64,000 nt of DNA, taken from contig NC_087437.1 of assembly GCF_036321535.1 (NCBI RefSeq), forward strand, positions 23,004,001 through 23,068,000. The letters run 5' to 3'. Position numbers and translations under genes: made by a program. The stretch comes from Camelus dromedarius. Lineage: Eukaryota. Each line of letters opens with the position of its first letter. Position 1 is the first letter of the stretch. Positions 35,900 to 47,965 of this stretch are shown here, in pieces. A model generated the notes under the pieces. The model saw only the letters and a program-made list of their open reading frames with translations, had not been told where the DNA came from and searched no databases.

Positions 35900-36510
35900 A
35901 TTTAGAAAGTCTAAATATCCATTAGCAGAGAATATATAAAATGTGAAGTTCTAATACAGTGGAATTTAATGCCAACATTTCTCAAACTTTAGGGTGAACT
36001 TAAATCACGTAGGAATCTTGTTAAATTAAATACAGATTTTGATTCTGTGGGTCTGGGGTGGGTCTGGAGAATCTGCATTTCTAACAGACTCCCAGGTGGT
36101 GCAGTAGTACTCAGCCACAGACACTACCTGGAAGAGGATGGTTCTCTCTAGCAATTAAAATGAACCAGCGTTACACTTGCCAAGATAAATAAATCTTAAA
36201 AATCTATCTTTGAGGTAAAGAAACAAGCTGCAGAAGGATGTAGATATGATACAATTTACATAAATATAGATAATGCAAACCAATGTATGTTTGTATTGAT
36301 GTATGACACATATATAGTGAAAGTGTAAAGACAAGTTTAAAATTGATAAACATTAAATTCATAATAGTGGCTATCTTTGGGAGTTTGAAGCAGAAAGAGA
36401 TTGAGATTATAAAAGGGGCTTTGATACAATATGCACTGTTTTTTTTTTTTTCTTAAGCTTGATGGTGGGTAAAAAAGTGTTTGTAACATTATTTTCTTTA
36501 TTTTTGCATG
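35900..36510 (+). mobile_element. L1ME 3' end split by MER5A
   Basis: ctaaatatccattagcagagaa...atacagtggaatt[MER5A]tagcaattaaaatgaa...ataatagtggctatctttggg. Confidence 0.6.
35973..36140. mobile_element. MER5A MITE nested in L1ME
   Basis: tttctcaaacttt...tgattctgtgggtctggggtggg...aatctgcatttctaacagactcccaggtg. Confidence 0.85.
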
Positions 36511-36525
36511 CCAACACTAGGGCTT

Positions 36526-36556
36526 TGTGTGTAAGTGTGTGTGTAAGTGTGTGTAT

Positions 36557-36589
<33 letters not shown>
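36526..36589. repeat. Interrupted (TG)n microsatellite
   Basis: Direct observation. Confidence 0.95.
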
Positions 36590-36590
<1 letters not shown>

Positions 36591-37544
36591 TTTCAGTTGT
36601 CCTATAGAGATTCTGTATATAATTTGAGTCTTTTTCCTTGTGATTTTTTTTTTTTTTTGGCTTTGAAGATACAATTAAAGAATAATCACAACTGATTTTA
36701 TTCCTTGGAGACACGGAAGATGGGTAAAGGACAGTCAACAGTACTGTATCGGGGGAAGAAAAAACCCAAAATTTATTTAAGAACTATGACATTTTCTTTA
36801 TTTAGTATCTTTAGCAGAGATTTCTGTTTTTTCTATAATAGGTAATTCAACAAATATTTCATTGTTAACATTTAAAATATGCCAAAGAATAAATGTTGAC
36901 ATTCTGGTAAAAGAGGAGCTCATAACACATTGGAAGAGTGTTATTTAAAAACAGCTCATATTTTATCATTAGCTACATGTAACATTGATGTACTTACAAG
37001 GAAACATTGTCTGCTTAGTTATTCTATTTCTGTTTCAAATTAGTTTTTTAAAAGAAATTAAAGAAGAACTAGGGACTTTAGTGAATAAAAATAAATGTCA
37101 CAGATAGAAAAAATGGTAGAACCTACAACAGGTAAATGGGCAAAGTACACAAATAGAATTCTCACACAAGACAAAATACTATTTGTATATAAATACCTAG
37201 AATTATGTTCACATTCACTAGGTTTGAAAAAGTACGTAACAAAACAGCTATGAATGATGATTTTTGCCCTTTGAATGAGCAAAAAGCTTTTATTATTTTT
37301 TTAAAAACTATAATATTTAATTTTGCTGAGTATGTGGTAATGTAAGCATTTCCATTTGTAATTAGTATTAGAGTAAATTGTGACAATTTGGCACACAATT
37401 TGGCAATATGTGCCAAGAGTTCTAAAAATGTTCATTTTGCCTCCTGAAGAATCTCATTTAAGAATTTTATCCGAAATTCAGAAAATATGCATAAATATTT
37501 TCATATCAATTTTACATATAATAGAGAAAAAATTGAAATAACCT

Positions 37545-37936
37545 ATATTGGTTTGGATCCTACAGGAGGAGAATGTGAGGATGAGATTATATATGTAAGA
37601 GATTTATTGGATGAAACTCCTGTGAAAGATAAAGAAGGGAGAACGGGAGTTGGAAGAGCCTTTAGACAGTAGCGTAGTTCTTAGAGAGTCTCAGTATATT
37701 GATGGGGAAGGAATCTTTGAACAAAGGCTATAGGGTTCTTGCTTTGTGTAGGAATATCCTGGCTCTAGTACCCACTGTGTGCTCGGTCATTGGCCTGGAG
37801 GAGTCCAGGAGAAGCCTGGCCTTGGTATGAACACCAGGGAAGAGCCCAGGGAACAATACTTGGGGCTGTCAGTTAGCTATGTCTCCTGCTACGGTTCCTC
37901 TTGTAGATCTGAGCAGTGCCCATCCATGACAGCCAC
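37545..37936 (-). mobile_element. LTR16A-like ERVL LTR
   Basis: gagatttattggatgaaactcctgtgaaagataaag...ggctctagtacccactgtgtgctcggtcattggc...gatctgagcagtgcccatccatgacagccac. Confidence 0.75.
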
Positions 37937-37975
37937 TTAACCAATATGTCTAGAAGATAAAATTTTAGGGTAAGT

Positions 37976-38356
37976 TATGCATTAGTGACGGTACGCTTGA
38001 TGATGTAACACATACCTCCTTCATGACATAAAAAAATAAAGTTCTAATTCTTGCTCATGTCACAGTCTAATCAGGTTTTTGGTAAATGGCCTTTTGTGTA
38101 GTCATTCAACAATGCAGATTCTTTCCAACTTCTTGGATTCCTTAGTCTTCAGCTTGTTTCTCTGTATCCAGTTGAGAGAAGAAGGAAGGGAGAGCAAAGG
38201 GATTACATGGAAGATTTGGGGGACAGTTTAGGAGTGACATACATCATTCTCATCTACAGTCTGTTGACCAGAATATAGCTAATCTAACTGCAAGGGCTTC
38301 TGGGAATGAAGAAAAGCATGTGGGTACTGGTACTAAGAGTACAATATTCTGCCACA
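37976..38356 (-). mobile_element. MLT1 (K/L-like) LTR
   Basis: aaagttctaattcttgctcatg...ggagtgacatacatcattc...atctaactgcaagggcttctggga...ctgccaca. Confidence 0.55.
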
Positions 38357-41300
38357 TCCATGATACATCCATTCAGTAGAGTATTACACAGATATTTACA
38401 AGTATCTTTAAAACTCATTCTTAATTTTATTGACAGCTACAGGTAAACATAATATGGCTTTAAAATTATGTGTGTGTATATATGTATATATAATAACGTT
38501 AGAAAATAACCTAAATCTATGGAGAAATAATTCAAAAAAATTTATAAAATATTAGCATGGTTGTTTTAGAACATGCCATCGTGGAAATTTTATTTTTCTT
38601 TTTCTACTTTTCAATTGCTTTTAAAATAGAAAAAAATGATAAAGTTTTTTTTAACTGAGAGAAAAAATCTTTCATTTTATCTACATTTCTGTAAATTGCT
38701 GTTTTATATTTTATAAATATAATCTATAATAGAAGATGTGAGGAATTAACTCCAGGTTGATGATATTAATTGCCTAAAGATTCTGTTAGGAAGGGGGAAG
38801 GGTGAGCTGAATAAAAAGAAAATTATTACAGTAAAATAAATAATATATAAAAGTAAAATCCCCTCCAGATATTTAATACAGACATTTAGCAGAAGTTATA
38901 GTTTAAATTTCAGGATGTAATATTGTTTAATTTTAAATTACTAATTTTATGTCATTTTAAAAATTAAAATGAAATCACTGACTTTTGTATATATAACCGC
39001 CCAAATTTAAGGAACTTCTACATTGCTAACGTGGGGTAATTTTGAATCTAGGCCTCTCTGATCCACTGGAATGTCTGTATTCAGCCCCTCTCCTCTTTCC
39101 TGGCCTGCCTCCACTCTCAGTAACACAGCTGCTAATGTCCACTACTAATGCTCTGCTCTGGCTTTTTCCAAGGCACCTTCTCTCCCAGTTGGTTGGTGCT
39201 GTTTAAATGACAGCTTTAATGTCAGCCACCTCTGCAGCCTTCAAGCCATTCTTGATTACGTAAGATTCATACCACACACGTTGTGAAACTAGTATTTTAA
39301 GACAAAGCAAAACAGCACACACATACAACCTTAAAAAACACAGCACCAGACACATTTTAAAGTAAATTTTTCTCCTAAACATCTTGATATGAAGTGAACA
39401 AATGGTAAATTTAGTCACCTTTTCAAAACCAATCAGCCGTTTCTAAAATAAATTACTCTGACTCTAGGGATCTCCATTCTATAGTATGTTTACTTCTGTT
39501 CCTTGGCTTCAGTCTTTGAGTCCAGATGGGACTAGGACCAACTAAACTTTCTTTTTGATTGGTTTGGGGTTGCTAGAGCAGCTGGAGGCAATCTCTGGGG
39601 AATTTGGTTGATGTGATTTCTGTCCTTTAATGAAGAGGCTCACTTATCTTCAACCCTGAATCTCTGAATCTACTTATTTGTCACATGCAAATACCAGCAG
39701 CAAATTGGCATAGAATTTTAACCACTGCTATTTATTTGATGAAACCTCACCACAATTATCCTTATCTGGACTGATTTTCTACTGATTACTAGATTGGACT
39801 CTGATTTGGAAAACCTTTGAAAAAAATTGTAGGTGGCCCATTTGCTTAAAGAAGCCATACAAAGTGCACTTGCTTCATAAGAGGCTGGTCTTATTTAAAT
39901 TGTAATTAAAAGGAAATAGTCTAGATTCACTCAGCAGCCATAGAAATACCAGCGCTAACAGATGTTCTCTGGAATGAACCTTGATTCATCGTGGAACGTG
40001 GTCTAGTCACTCTTGGGTAGTAGGTCTTGGAGTGGAGCCCAGATTACGGTGAACAGCCTCATTAGGTGATTTTATGTGTGAACACTGTGCATCTGTGAGA
40101 ACTGGCACACCTATAATTTGTGAACCTGGGACTTTGGATATGCACTACAGCTCAACCTAATACCCAAACGTGGATGTTAGATGAGTGATCGCTGATGACC
40201 CCTGTGTATGTCCAGTCCTTTGTGATCTTTTACTTTTGGTTGCTACTTATTTTATTCCCCACTGCCCAACTCAAAGGCCCGGATCTCTGACTTAGACCCA
40301 CATAGATGATGGTGTACCTATATTCTACTCTTTTAATTCTTGGATTGCAGGTAAAGGATTGTCTGTGCTAACATTTAGAAAAGAAAGTCAGATTCATTCA
40401 TCACTTGGCTTAGATTTTTATCAGCACACTTACTGGATTGTTACCAAAGTGTAATTAATAACATTCTCTCATTTCCAGGTTATTTTCTTTGAACTACTGC
40501 TGACTCTCAGCACTGTTTTTTCTGTAGTGGCTTCAGCATAGTGGAGGAATACCAGGCATTGGCTATGCATAAGTCTAACTGTAAAACATGGATTTGCTCT
40601 TCTACCAAATAGCCTCTTCATACTCAGATTGTTTCTTCCTTAGCAATTCTTTGACCTGTTTCCATATTTAGTTTTAATGTTAATTCCTGCTTTCAGTAAT
40701 GCATTTTGTTTTGGTGGTGTTTATCCCTCATATTTACTCACGTTGGAATGATGACTTCCTGAGTAGTGGATCTCCCCAACACCTATAGGGGAACTGCTAC
40801 ATTAACTTGCTTGTTAACCTCCCCATGCATCTCAGTCTGGTTGGACTGAGTGCAGAAGGAAGACCAATGTGCCGTTTCCACTCTACATGACCTTTGCAAA
40901 GAGTTAGTTGCACAAGGATTTATTTTGATTTGGGGATGGTTTTTCCCATGACACATAGCTCTCCCATGACCATCTTCACTGTGGAGTTTATTCATCAACC
41001 ACCTGTGAGAATAATGGCAGAGGTCTAAGAAAATTAATAGGCTGACTGCTAGTAAACTCTTTAAAGATGAGAAATACTTTACAGCTGCGAATTATAGTTT
41101 CTTTAAATATTTAAACTTTTTATTACCTGAAATTTTATCTATAGAATTTCTGTTGACAAATTAAATATGCTGAAACATCTTTGCTTTGCGGCAAAACAAA
41201 TAAAGTAGTTTAAGCCAAAAATGATGATTCCTCAAGTTCTCTTTTGGGACTGTTGGCTTAAAACCAAACTAAATCCAACTAAATCAAAAACAAACCAAGC

Positions 41301-41379
41301 CAAATCATCCAAACAATAATGTCCTTATTGATGTCCAGTATGTCTCATTATGTCACCTTATTATGGGGAAGGTTATATG

Positions 41380-41560
41380 ATTAATATTGTGAGTTTTGAA
41401 GTTGTATAAACTAGGTACAAATTCAAAGTTTGCCAATTGCTAGCTGTAAAATATTGGGCAGTTAACCTTTCTTGGACTCAGTTTTTTCATCTGTGAAATG
41501 AAATGTTGGGAGGATTAAGTCCTATAACGTGTTTGTAAAATAGTGACTGATTCAGAATAA
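41380..41560 (+). mobile_element. MIR SINE
   Basis: ttgggcagttaacctttcttggactcagttttttcatctgtgaaatg. Confidence 0.75.
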
Positions 41561-41565
41561 ATTTG

Positions 41566-41932
41566 ATTAGTCTCTTTGGGCTGTTATAACAATAATGCCA
41601 TAGACTGACTGGCTTAAATAACAAACATTTATTTCTTACATTTCTGGAGGCTAGGAAGTCCAAGGTTAAGGTGCTGGACAATTCGGTGTCTGCTGAGAGC
41701 TCACTTCATGGTTCATGATTGGCCATCTTATTGTGTCCTCAAATGTTGGAAGGGCCCAGCGCTCTCTCGGATCCCTTTTAAAAGGGCACTAATCCCATTC
41801 ATGGGAGTCTCACCCTTATGACCTAATCACCTCCCAAGGGCCCAACCTCCTAACATGGAGGATTAGGATTTCAACATATGAATTATTTTGGGGAGTGAGA
41901 GGGTAGGGGGACACAAACATTCAGTCCATAGG
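41566..41932 (-). mobile_element. MLT1A0-like LTR
   Basis: ggcttaaataacaaacatttatttc...aagggcactaatcccattcatg...cttatgacctaatcacctcccaa...gacacaaacattcagtccata. Confidence 0.88.
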
Positions 41933-42971
41933 AGTGCTCAATAAAAAGTAGAACTTATGAGTTGTATAGCATTGACATTCAGCCAGTGTCCACCCAGTAT
42001 CTCATTTCTCTAAACTCATGTCCTGTGGCCAGCATCTGGACTGATTGGTGACATCCGAGACTAATTATTTGCTGTCCTCGGTGCACCTGTGTTTTAGCGT
42101 TTGTTAAAATTACCCTTATGTGGAAGTATGTTGTGAGACTTTAAAAGCAGAAAGAACAAAGTCGTCTCTTCGTTCTCTTAACTCCCACCACCTAATTTCA
42201 CACCTCTTACCCCTTTAACACACCTCACACACACACACATACACAAAACCTAATAAAAGCAAACAAAAAATTTAATCCAAACTACAAAACACTCCTTTTG
42301 GAGACTGTTTTATTAATGTGTTGTCTAAAGACAAAGGTAAAATGTAGATAAACAATAGCAAAAAACCCTTAAAATCCTCTTCTGCAGAAAATCTTTCCTG
42401 AACTATTAAGCTTTAGTTACTTCACATGTTTGAGTGCCAGCTCACCCCCTTTTGTTATCTTTTGCTTGACCTTCTATCTAGAGCAAAGACTCTCTCTCTG
42501 TAGAGGAGGTGGCATAGCCTTTGTTGAATTCTAAATCAAGAAACCCTTGTTCTAGTTCTGACTTGGATGCTGACTTAATGTGTGATGCTGGCCTCCTCAC
42601 ATAACTTCTCTGATCCTCAGTTTTCTCTACTCTTTTGGTAGCACAGTAAATGTAAGTGGTAAGTATTAGGTTTTAATAATGATATTATTTTGGCAAAATA
42701 TATACGATTTCTTAAATCTAGACTCATTTTTCTCCTCAAGAATTCCCATTTGAGATAAACAAAAAGAAAAATAAGAATACAGCGGCAGCACAAATAGAGT
42801 TAGCAATGGCTTTGGCCTTTGAATTGAAGTAGTTTCAATAATTCAGCTGAACCCTGAGGAATTCTTTTTTTTTTTTTAAGTTAATGCTAAATAGGCCAAA
42901 GGAACTTCAAAACAAAGCTGGCCTTGCCTGTTTTTCCCTTGAGCACAAGCTGGAGACCCTGTTCTACTCAC

Positions 42972-43350
42972 CCAAGAGACCTGAAGTCAAAGAATAAAAG
43001 AGAAAACCGACAAACACCTAGCAGTGAGGACCACCAGCCTCAGTGAGAGGGCAGGAGAGATGGAGGGAGGGAGTGAGGGAGGGGAGTGAGGGAGAGAGAG
43101 ACTGAGAATCTGAACAAGAGCTGCAGGTTGGCCACTCAGAAGTTACAGAGTGAAGGGGCACCCACCCTTCATGACTAAGGTTTACTTAGGTGCAGTGACG
43201 CCACTGGTGCACTGCCCGGCATAGGGGGTGTGCATCCTTTGTGGCGTTATTTGAAAAAGTTGGGGTGCTGTATCTTTTCAGCCAAAAACAAAAATCACCT
43301 TTGGCTGTTTCTTAATCAGGAAACTGAAACCAGTTTTTTATTGGAAACAA
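42972..43350 (-). promoter_or_regulatory. Candidate minus-strand promoter/first exon, or 9-nt microexon at 42972-42980
   Basis: Minus strand ttttctcttttattctttgacttcAG|GTCTCTTGG|GTGAGTag. A CT-rich leader lies upstream, with CCAAT (~43340), GTAAAC (43179) and TGACG (43196) in non-repeat sequence. Confidence 0.3.
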
Positions 43351-43464
43351 CCTGACTTGGATCAGACTTGGTTTAAAAGGACTTGATGGCTTGATTTGAA
43401 AGTAGCAGGAGCTGGAAGATGGAACAGTTATTAGGAGTTGCTCTGGATCTTTCTGTGAATCAAA

Positions 43465-44290
43465 TACAGCATAGTTCAGTGTCTAAAAGCATAGACTCTG
43501 ACTTTGACTTCCATCCCTGCTGCTATTTATATGACCATAGGGGAGTCATTTGACCCCACACCTCCATTTTTCCATCTTTAAAATGAGAGCTACTACTAAT
43601 TTCTATCAGTGTAGCAAAGAACTTAACTTTACCTAAAGAGGTCTGGCCTTTGCCCTCTTGAGCTTATCTGGAGGCCCTTGGAATGTCCTGCCTGATAAGA
43701 GTGTCTTTGTTTACCTGGGGGCTTTGAGCCACAGCAGAAAGTCTAATGTAGTGATTTATGGTGGGGTTGTTGAATTCTATATTAGCTTGACGTATGAAGG
43801 GACTGGACACTGATGCTGGCTATGTGGGCAGTCGTGATGGAGCCCCAGTAAAGACTCCAGAGTTCAGGTGAGCCCTCCTGGTTGGCAATGCTCTGTGACT
43901 ACAGTCACGCATCATCTCCAGGAGGAGTTAACACTGCCCATGACTCCACAGGAGAGGACTCCTGGAAGTTGGTATCGGACCCTCCTGGACTCTGTTCTAG
44001 GCACCTCTTCCTTTAGCTGATTTTAATCGGTATTTTTAAGCTTGTAATAAACTGTGACTGTGACTCAAACAGCTCTCAGTGAGTTCTGCGAGTCCTTCTA
44101 GTGAATTACTGAAACTAAAAGTTGTCTTAAGGATTCTGAAATTTTGATTGGTGTCAGCAGCAAGGGTGGTCTTGTGGACTGTGCTCCCTCTAATTCCCAT
44201 TATATTATAGGGCTTTGTAGAGGATTAAGTTAGATAATACATGTTAAAGACAAAGATGCCTGGCACAGAATAAACTTACAGCTATTGCTA
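43465..44290 (+). mobile_element. MIR SINE split by MER21
   Basis: 5' half (cagcatagttcagtgtctaaaagcatagactctg...catctttaaaatgag) and 3' half (gaggattaagttagataatacatg...tgcctggcacag). Confidence 0.7.
43610..44199 (+). mobile_element. MER21-family ERVL LTR
   Basis: cccttggaatgtcctgcctgataagagtgtctttgtttacctggggg...gtaataaactgtgac...gtgagttctgcgagtccttctagtgaattactgaa. Confidence 0.85.
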
Positions 44291-44342
44291 CTGTTTATAT
44301 AATCTGAAGTGATACCATGTAGGACCTGAGAAGTTAGTCAGC

Positions 44343-44457
44343 CAGGGTTGTCAAATTTAACAAATAAAAATACAGAGCATACTTATACTAAAAAATAATT
44401 TTGTTCATCTGAAAATCAAATTTAACAGGGCTTCCTGTATTTTATCTGGCAAGCCTA
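44343..44457. mobile_element. MER53-like hAT MITE with internal deletion
   Basis: cagggttgtcaaatttaacaaataaaaatacag...catacttatactaaaaaa...ctgtattttatctggcaagccta with terminal inverted repeats. Confidence 0.8.
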
Positions 44458-44944
44458 AGCGTAGCCCAACAGGTTCATTTTTTAGATGAAGACGTTATAG
44501 CCACTGAGGTGAAATATGGTTAAGTATCCATAGTTAGAGTGTGATTGACCTGGGATGAAGATGTAGATTCCCAGGTACTGAGGAAGAAAACCCAAGATGT
44601 GCTACAGGTAGAGGAGAAACACCTTTAAAGGAAGACCGATAAGGGAATATAAAAGCTAGTGGTGTATAATGAGAGGCTGTAACCGCACACTTGCAGCTGC
44701 TCCATCCAGGAACCCTAAGAGGTCTCCTGGGTTCTATCCAAGGAATAATCACGTGCCAGAGAAATTTAAATTTCACACATCAGGACAGGCCATTTGAAAT
44801 CTATTCCGAGCATAGAATCTATTCAGTGCCTTCATACTATAAATATTTTCCACACTCGCTTGAAGGAAAGTGGTATTTTCTGGGCACCTGTCACATGTAC
44901 TTGGAATTTTATTGATGATATTTCCTTATGGTTGCTTAGTTTTT

Positions 44945-45135
44945 ATAATTTATAAAGCATCAGAACTTCCATCTTCACAGTAACTTGGAGGGGTAGGCTG
45001 AGCAGATAAATCTCAATTTTACAAATGAATAAACAGGGGCTCAAATAATTTTTGGCATGCCCACATTCATTGGCTGGTATGCTGAGGGGAAGGTATGAGA
45101 TCTTCTAACTCCTGGTCCAGACACTTCTTTACTAT
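44945..45135 (-). mobile_element. MIR SINE
   Basis: ctcaattttacaaatgaataaacaggggctca...tcttctaactcctggtccag. Confidence 0.6.
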
Positions 45136-45200
45136 TCAGTGGTTCCTGATTCCAGGCATATAGAGCGAGATTATAAATGAATTAAAGAAGCATTTCTTTC

Positions 45201-45585
45201 TGTATTGGTGTGCTCTTGATGCCATAACAGAATGTCCTAGACCAGGTGGTTTAAAGGATAGAAATTTACTTTCTCAAAGTTCTGGAGGCTGGAAGTCCAA
45301 GATCAAGGCCAACAAAGTTGGTATCTGGAGAGGGCCCTCTTCCTGGCTTGTAGAGGCCACCTTCTCCCGGGGTCCTCAGATAGCCTCTTTGTGAGCTCAC
45401 AGAGAAGGGGAACTCTGGTGTCTCTTCTTCTTATGACCTCAGTCTTAATCACATTAGGACCTCACCTTTATGATGTTGTTTAGCCTTAATTATCTCCTTA
45501 AGGTCCCAATCTCCAAAAGCAGTCTCACTGGGGGTTAGGAGCTTCAAAACATGAATTTTGTGGGAACATAATTCAGTCCATAGCA
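45201..45585 (-). mobile_element. MLT1A-like solo LTR
   Basis: tgtatt...agttctggaggctggaagtccaagatcaagg...ataattcagtccatagca; 5-bp TSD-like ctttc/ccttc. Confidence 0.88.
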
Positions 45586-46639
45586 CCTTCGTTAGGTGCC
45601 CTTGTGTGCTGAGTCCATTGTTAATGCCAAGTGATGTAATGGGAAAGAGTGAGATTTCTACATGAGACTGATGAAGTCCACGCCTACCTTTCTTCCCACA
45701 TAGTGGTTGAACTACTCCAGGCAGTTTAACCTCCTTGACCCTCAATAATACCACCACCCAATAGGGCTGTTGTGTGCATGAAGATGAAATAGTGATGTTA
45801 TTATAGTGCATAACATATAAAGAAGAAGAAACTGTTCAGATATTAACAACTTATCCCATTGAATGCCATGAATAGGGAAAGTGAAATATTGATTAACTTG
45901 TTTTGATCCTTATATTTTCATTTTGGGGGAGAGAATTGTGAAGTTGTTTACCAATCAAATTCTTAAGTAATATTTTTTTCTAAATTGTTTTCACAAGTTC
46001 CTAATTTGCAAACAGCATTTGCTTTTAGACCATGGTTGTATGTTTATTCATATTTAACTTGAAGGATCCCTGTAAAATCCTTGTCTATGGGTGGTCTAAA
46101 AATGGCTTTTTTAGATGAAACTGTTTATTTTGCAGATAATTCAGTAACAATCATGCTTTGACCTTCCTACCCTAGATAGTATCACATTTTACAAATATAC
46201 AAGTGAACCATGCTGATGTAAAAAACAAAGATGCCTTCATTCAGAACAAACATAACCTTCCCAGATCACAAGGATCAACTACAGACTTGTCTATACAACC
46301 CGTCTGACTAATGTCTACAGCATATTTGGCTACAGAAACTATTTGAATCATCAACATCGAAATATACAATGCTTACTTTACAATGTGCCACAATTTAGTT
46401 GTTGTGTTGGGAAAGAATTACAGGACCACCTTGGCCACCTTGAGAGCAAAGCTGGTTGACTTGGACTGATTTTGAGAGTCTCCAACTTGATTTTGGGTGC
46501 TACAAACTTTGAAGCATGAAGAAGGATGGACTCGTCCCTTCAATTGTTCATGATTTTATTATATCCCTTGCCCGCCCCATTTGAAATACTTTCAAAGAGA
46601 AGTCTTTACCACCTTGCTGCTCTTTTTTCTTAGAACGTT

Positions 46640-46930
46640 GGCTGTAGATTGAAATCACCTGGGGAGTTTTTAAATATTGTGAGGCCGACATCTCACATTC
46701 AGTTAAATCAGAACTTTGGGGTGGGGCACAGGCATCCACATGTAGTTTTAAAGCTCTCCAGATGCTTTCAGTTCAGACTCAGCCCTCACCTTAGAAGAAA
46801 AAAGACAAATCCTTTTGACCAGAACAGTAGTTTTCAACCAAGCTGAACATTAGTGTCACCTGAGAGAATATGGAGACACCATTAATGCCGGGGCCCCCAC
46901 AGTCAGGTGCTCTGATTTTATGTGTTTGGG
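46640..46930. mobile_element. Two MER5-family MITE fragments
   Basis: gaaatcacctggggagtttttaaa...ttaaatcagaactttggggtgggg and cagtagttttcaaccaagctgaacattagtgtcacctg. Confidence 0.65.
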
Positions 46931-47254
46931 AATTTTCTCAATTAGACAGCATATTATCTGTGCTACATCTCTAGAGCGAAACCCTCAGCTTTGAGCTGTG
47001 AAAGCAAAAGCAGTAAGCTCCTTTTCTCTTCTCTGCAAATCTCTGGATGGTGCCTAGATATACAATTCCAAGGTTTTATTGTATTTTATTGAATGTTTTA
47101 CCCTTCCATTTCTATACAAATACGTGGCTAAAACAAGAGAAAAAATGAATATGTACAGTACTTCCAAAAAGATGAACTGTGCTTATAAAAAGAGTAAAAA
47201 GCAATTTTAAGCCAAATATGTTGGGAAGAACACAAAACATAAAAAACAATGACA

Positions 47255-47965
47255 GTTAACTTACTGGTGAGCATTTACAGTTCCAGGAACTAGGCTAAAT
47301 ATTTCTTGAGCACTATCTTATTTAAACATCTAACAATCCTGTGAAGTGAAGGCAATTGTTAACCTCACTTTTTAAAACATGAAAACCAAAGTTTCATTTC
47401 CAAGGTCACACGCATACCAAGTGGCAGTGTCAAGCTGAGATTTTACCTGACCTGTAAGCTAGCATGTTAGCCTCTCACAGTTTCACGGATGCCTGCAAAA
47501 GACACAAGCCTTCTGGATCAAAGACAAAAGACATGGCAGGTAGCAAGAGTGTCATGTTCCTGTTGGTTACCCTTGCCCCTCAAGTCCCAAGGAGATAACA
47601 TTGAGGCAGACCTAGGTGGATGCTGTGGCTTTGCATCACAGCTGAGGAATCCCAAATTTAGGAAATCCCAGTCTTTAATGGATTGCATGTAGACATGTCT
47701 AACAATTGCCCTGGGTGGAGACATTGTTTTACTGAGTAACAAATAAATAGCCCCTCTGCTCCAGACACACCTGGGCTATCTCTGTTGTCCAAGGTTGTTC
47801 ACTATAAAAACAGCTTTGAAAAAAATATTCCAGAATAAAGGCTGTCAGTGCCTTTGCTGAAAGGATGTGCAGAAATGCGAGAGACCTATGAAGAATTGCC
47901 TTCCAACATGGAGTCATGTTTTCAGCCCAGATGGTCTGACTCTAGCCTGTGCTTTTAACCATCAT
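47255..47965 (-). mobile_element. MIR SINE split by MER90
   Basis: ttaacttactggtgagcatttac...ccaaggtcacac...; resumes at cccagatggtctgactctagcctgtgcttttaacca. Confidence 0.65.
47453..47908 (-). mobile_element. MER90-like ERV1 LTR
   Basis: Reverse strand starts tgttggaaggcaattcttcataggtctctcgcatttctgcacatcc...caaaggcactgacagcc and ends ...cttaca. Confidence 0.75.

Larger units (their letters stand above)
37050..38620 (+). mobile_element. Old L1M ORF2 end / 3' UTR, split by two LTRs
   Basis: aaatgggcaaagtacacaaatag...aatttggcaatatgtgccaagag...; resumes at tacatccattcagtagagtattacacag. Confidence 0.6.

Noticed and set aside
40498..40512. Palindrome TGCTGA-ctc-TCAGCA as a MARE
   Set aside because: The 3-bp spacer fits neither T-MARE (1 bp) nor C-MARE (2 bp).
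43205..43235. CTCF-like site (ggcatagggggtgtgc)
   Set aside because: Several mismatches to the CCASYAGRKGGCRS core.
46140..46390. A/C-rich stretch superficially like a mitochondrial insertion (NUMT)
   Set aside because: Translations match no mitochondrial protein, rRNA or tRNA that I recognise.
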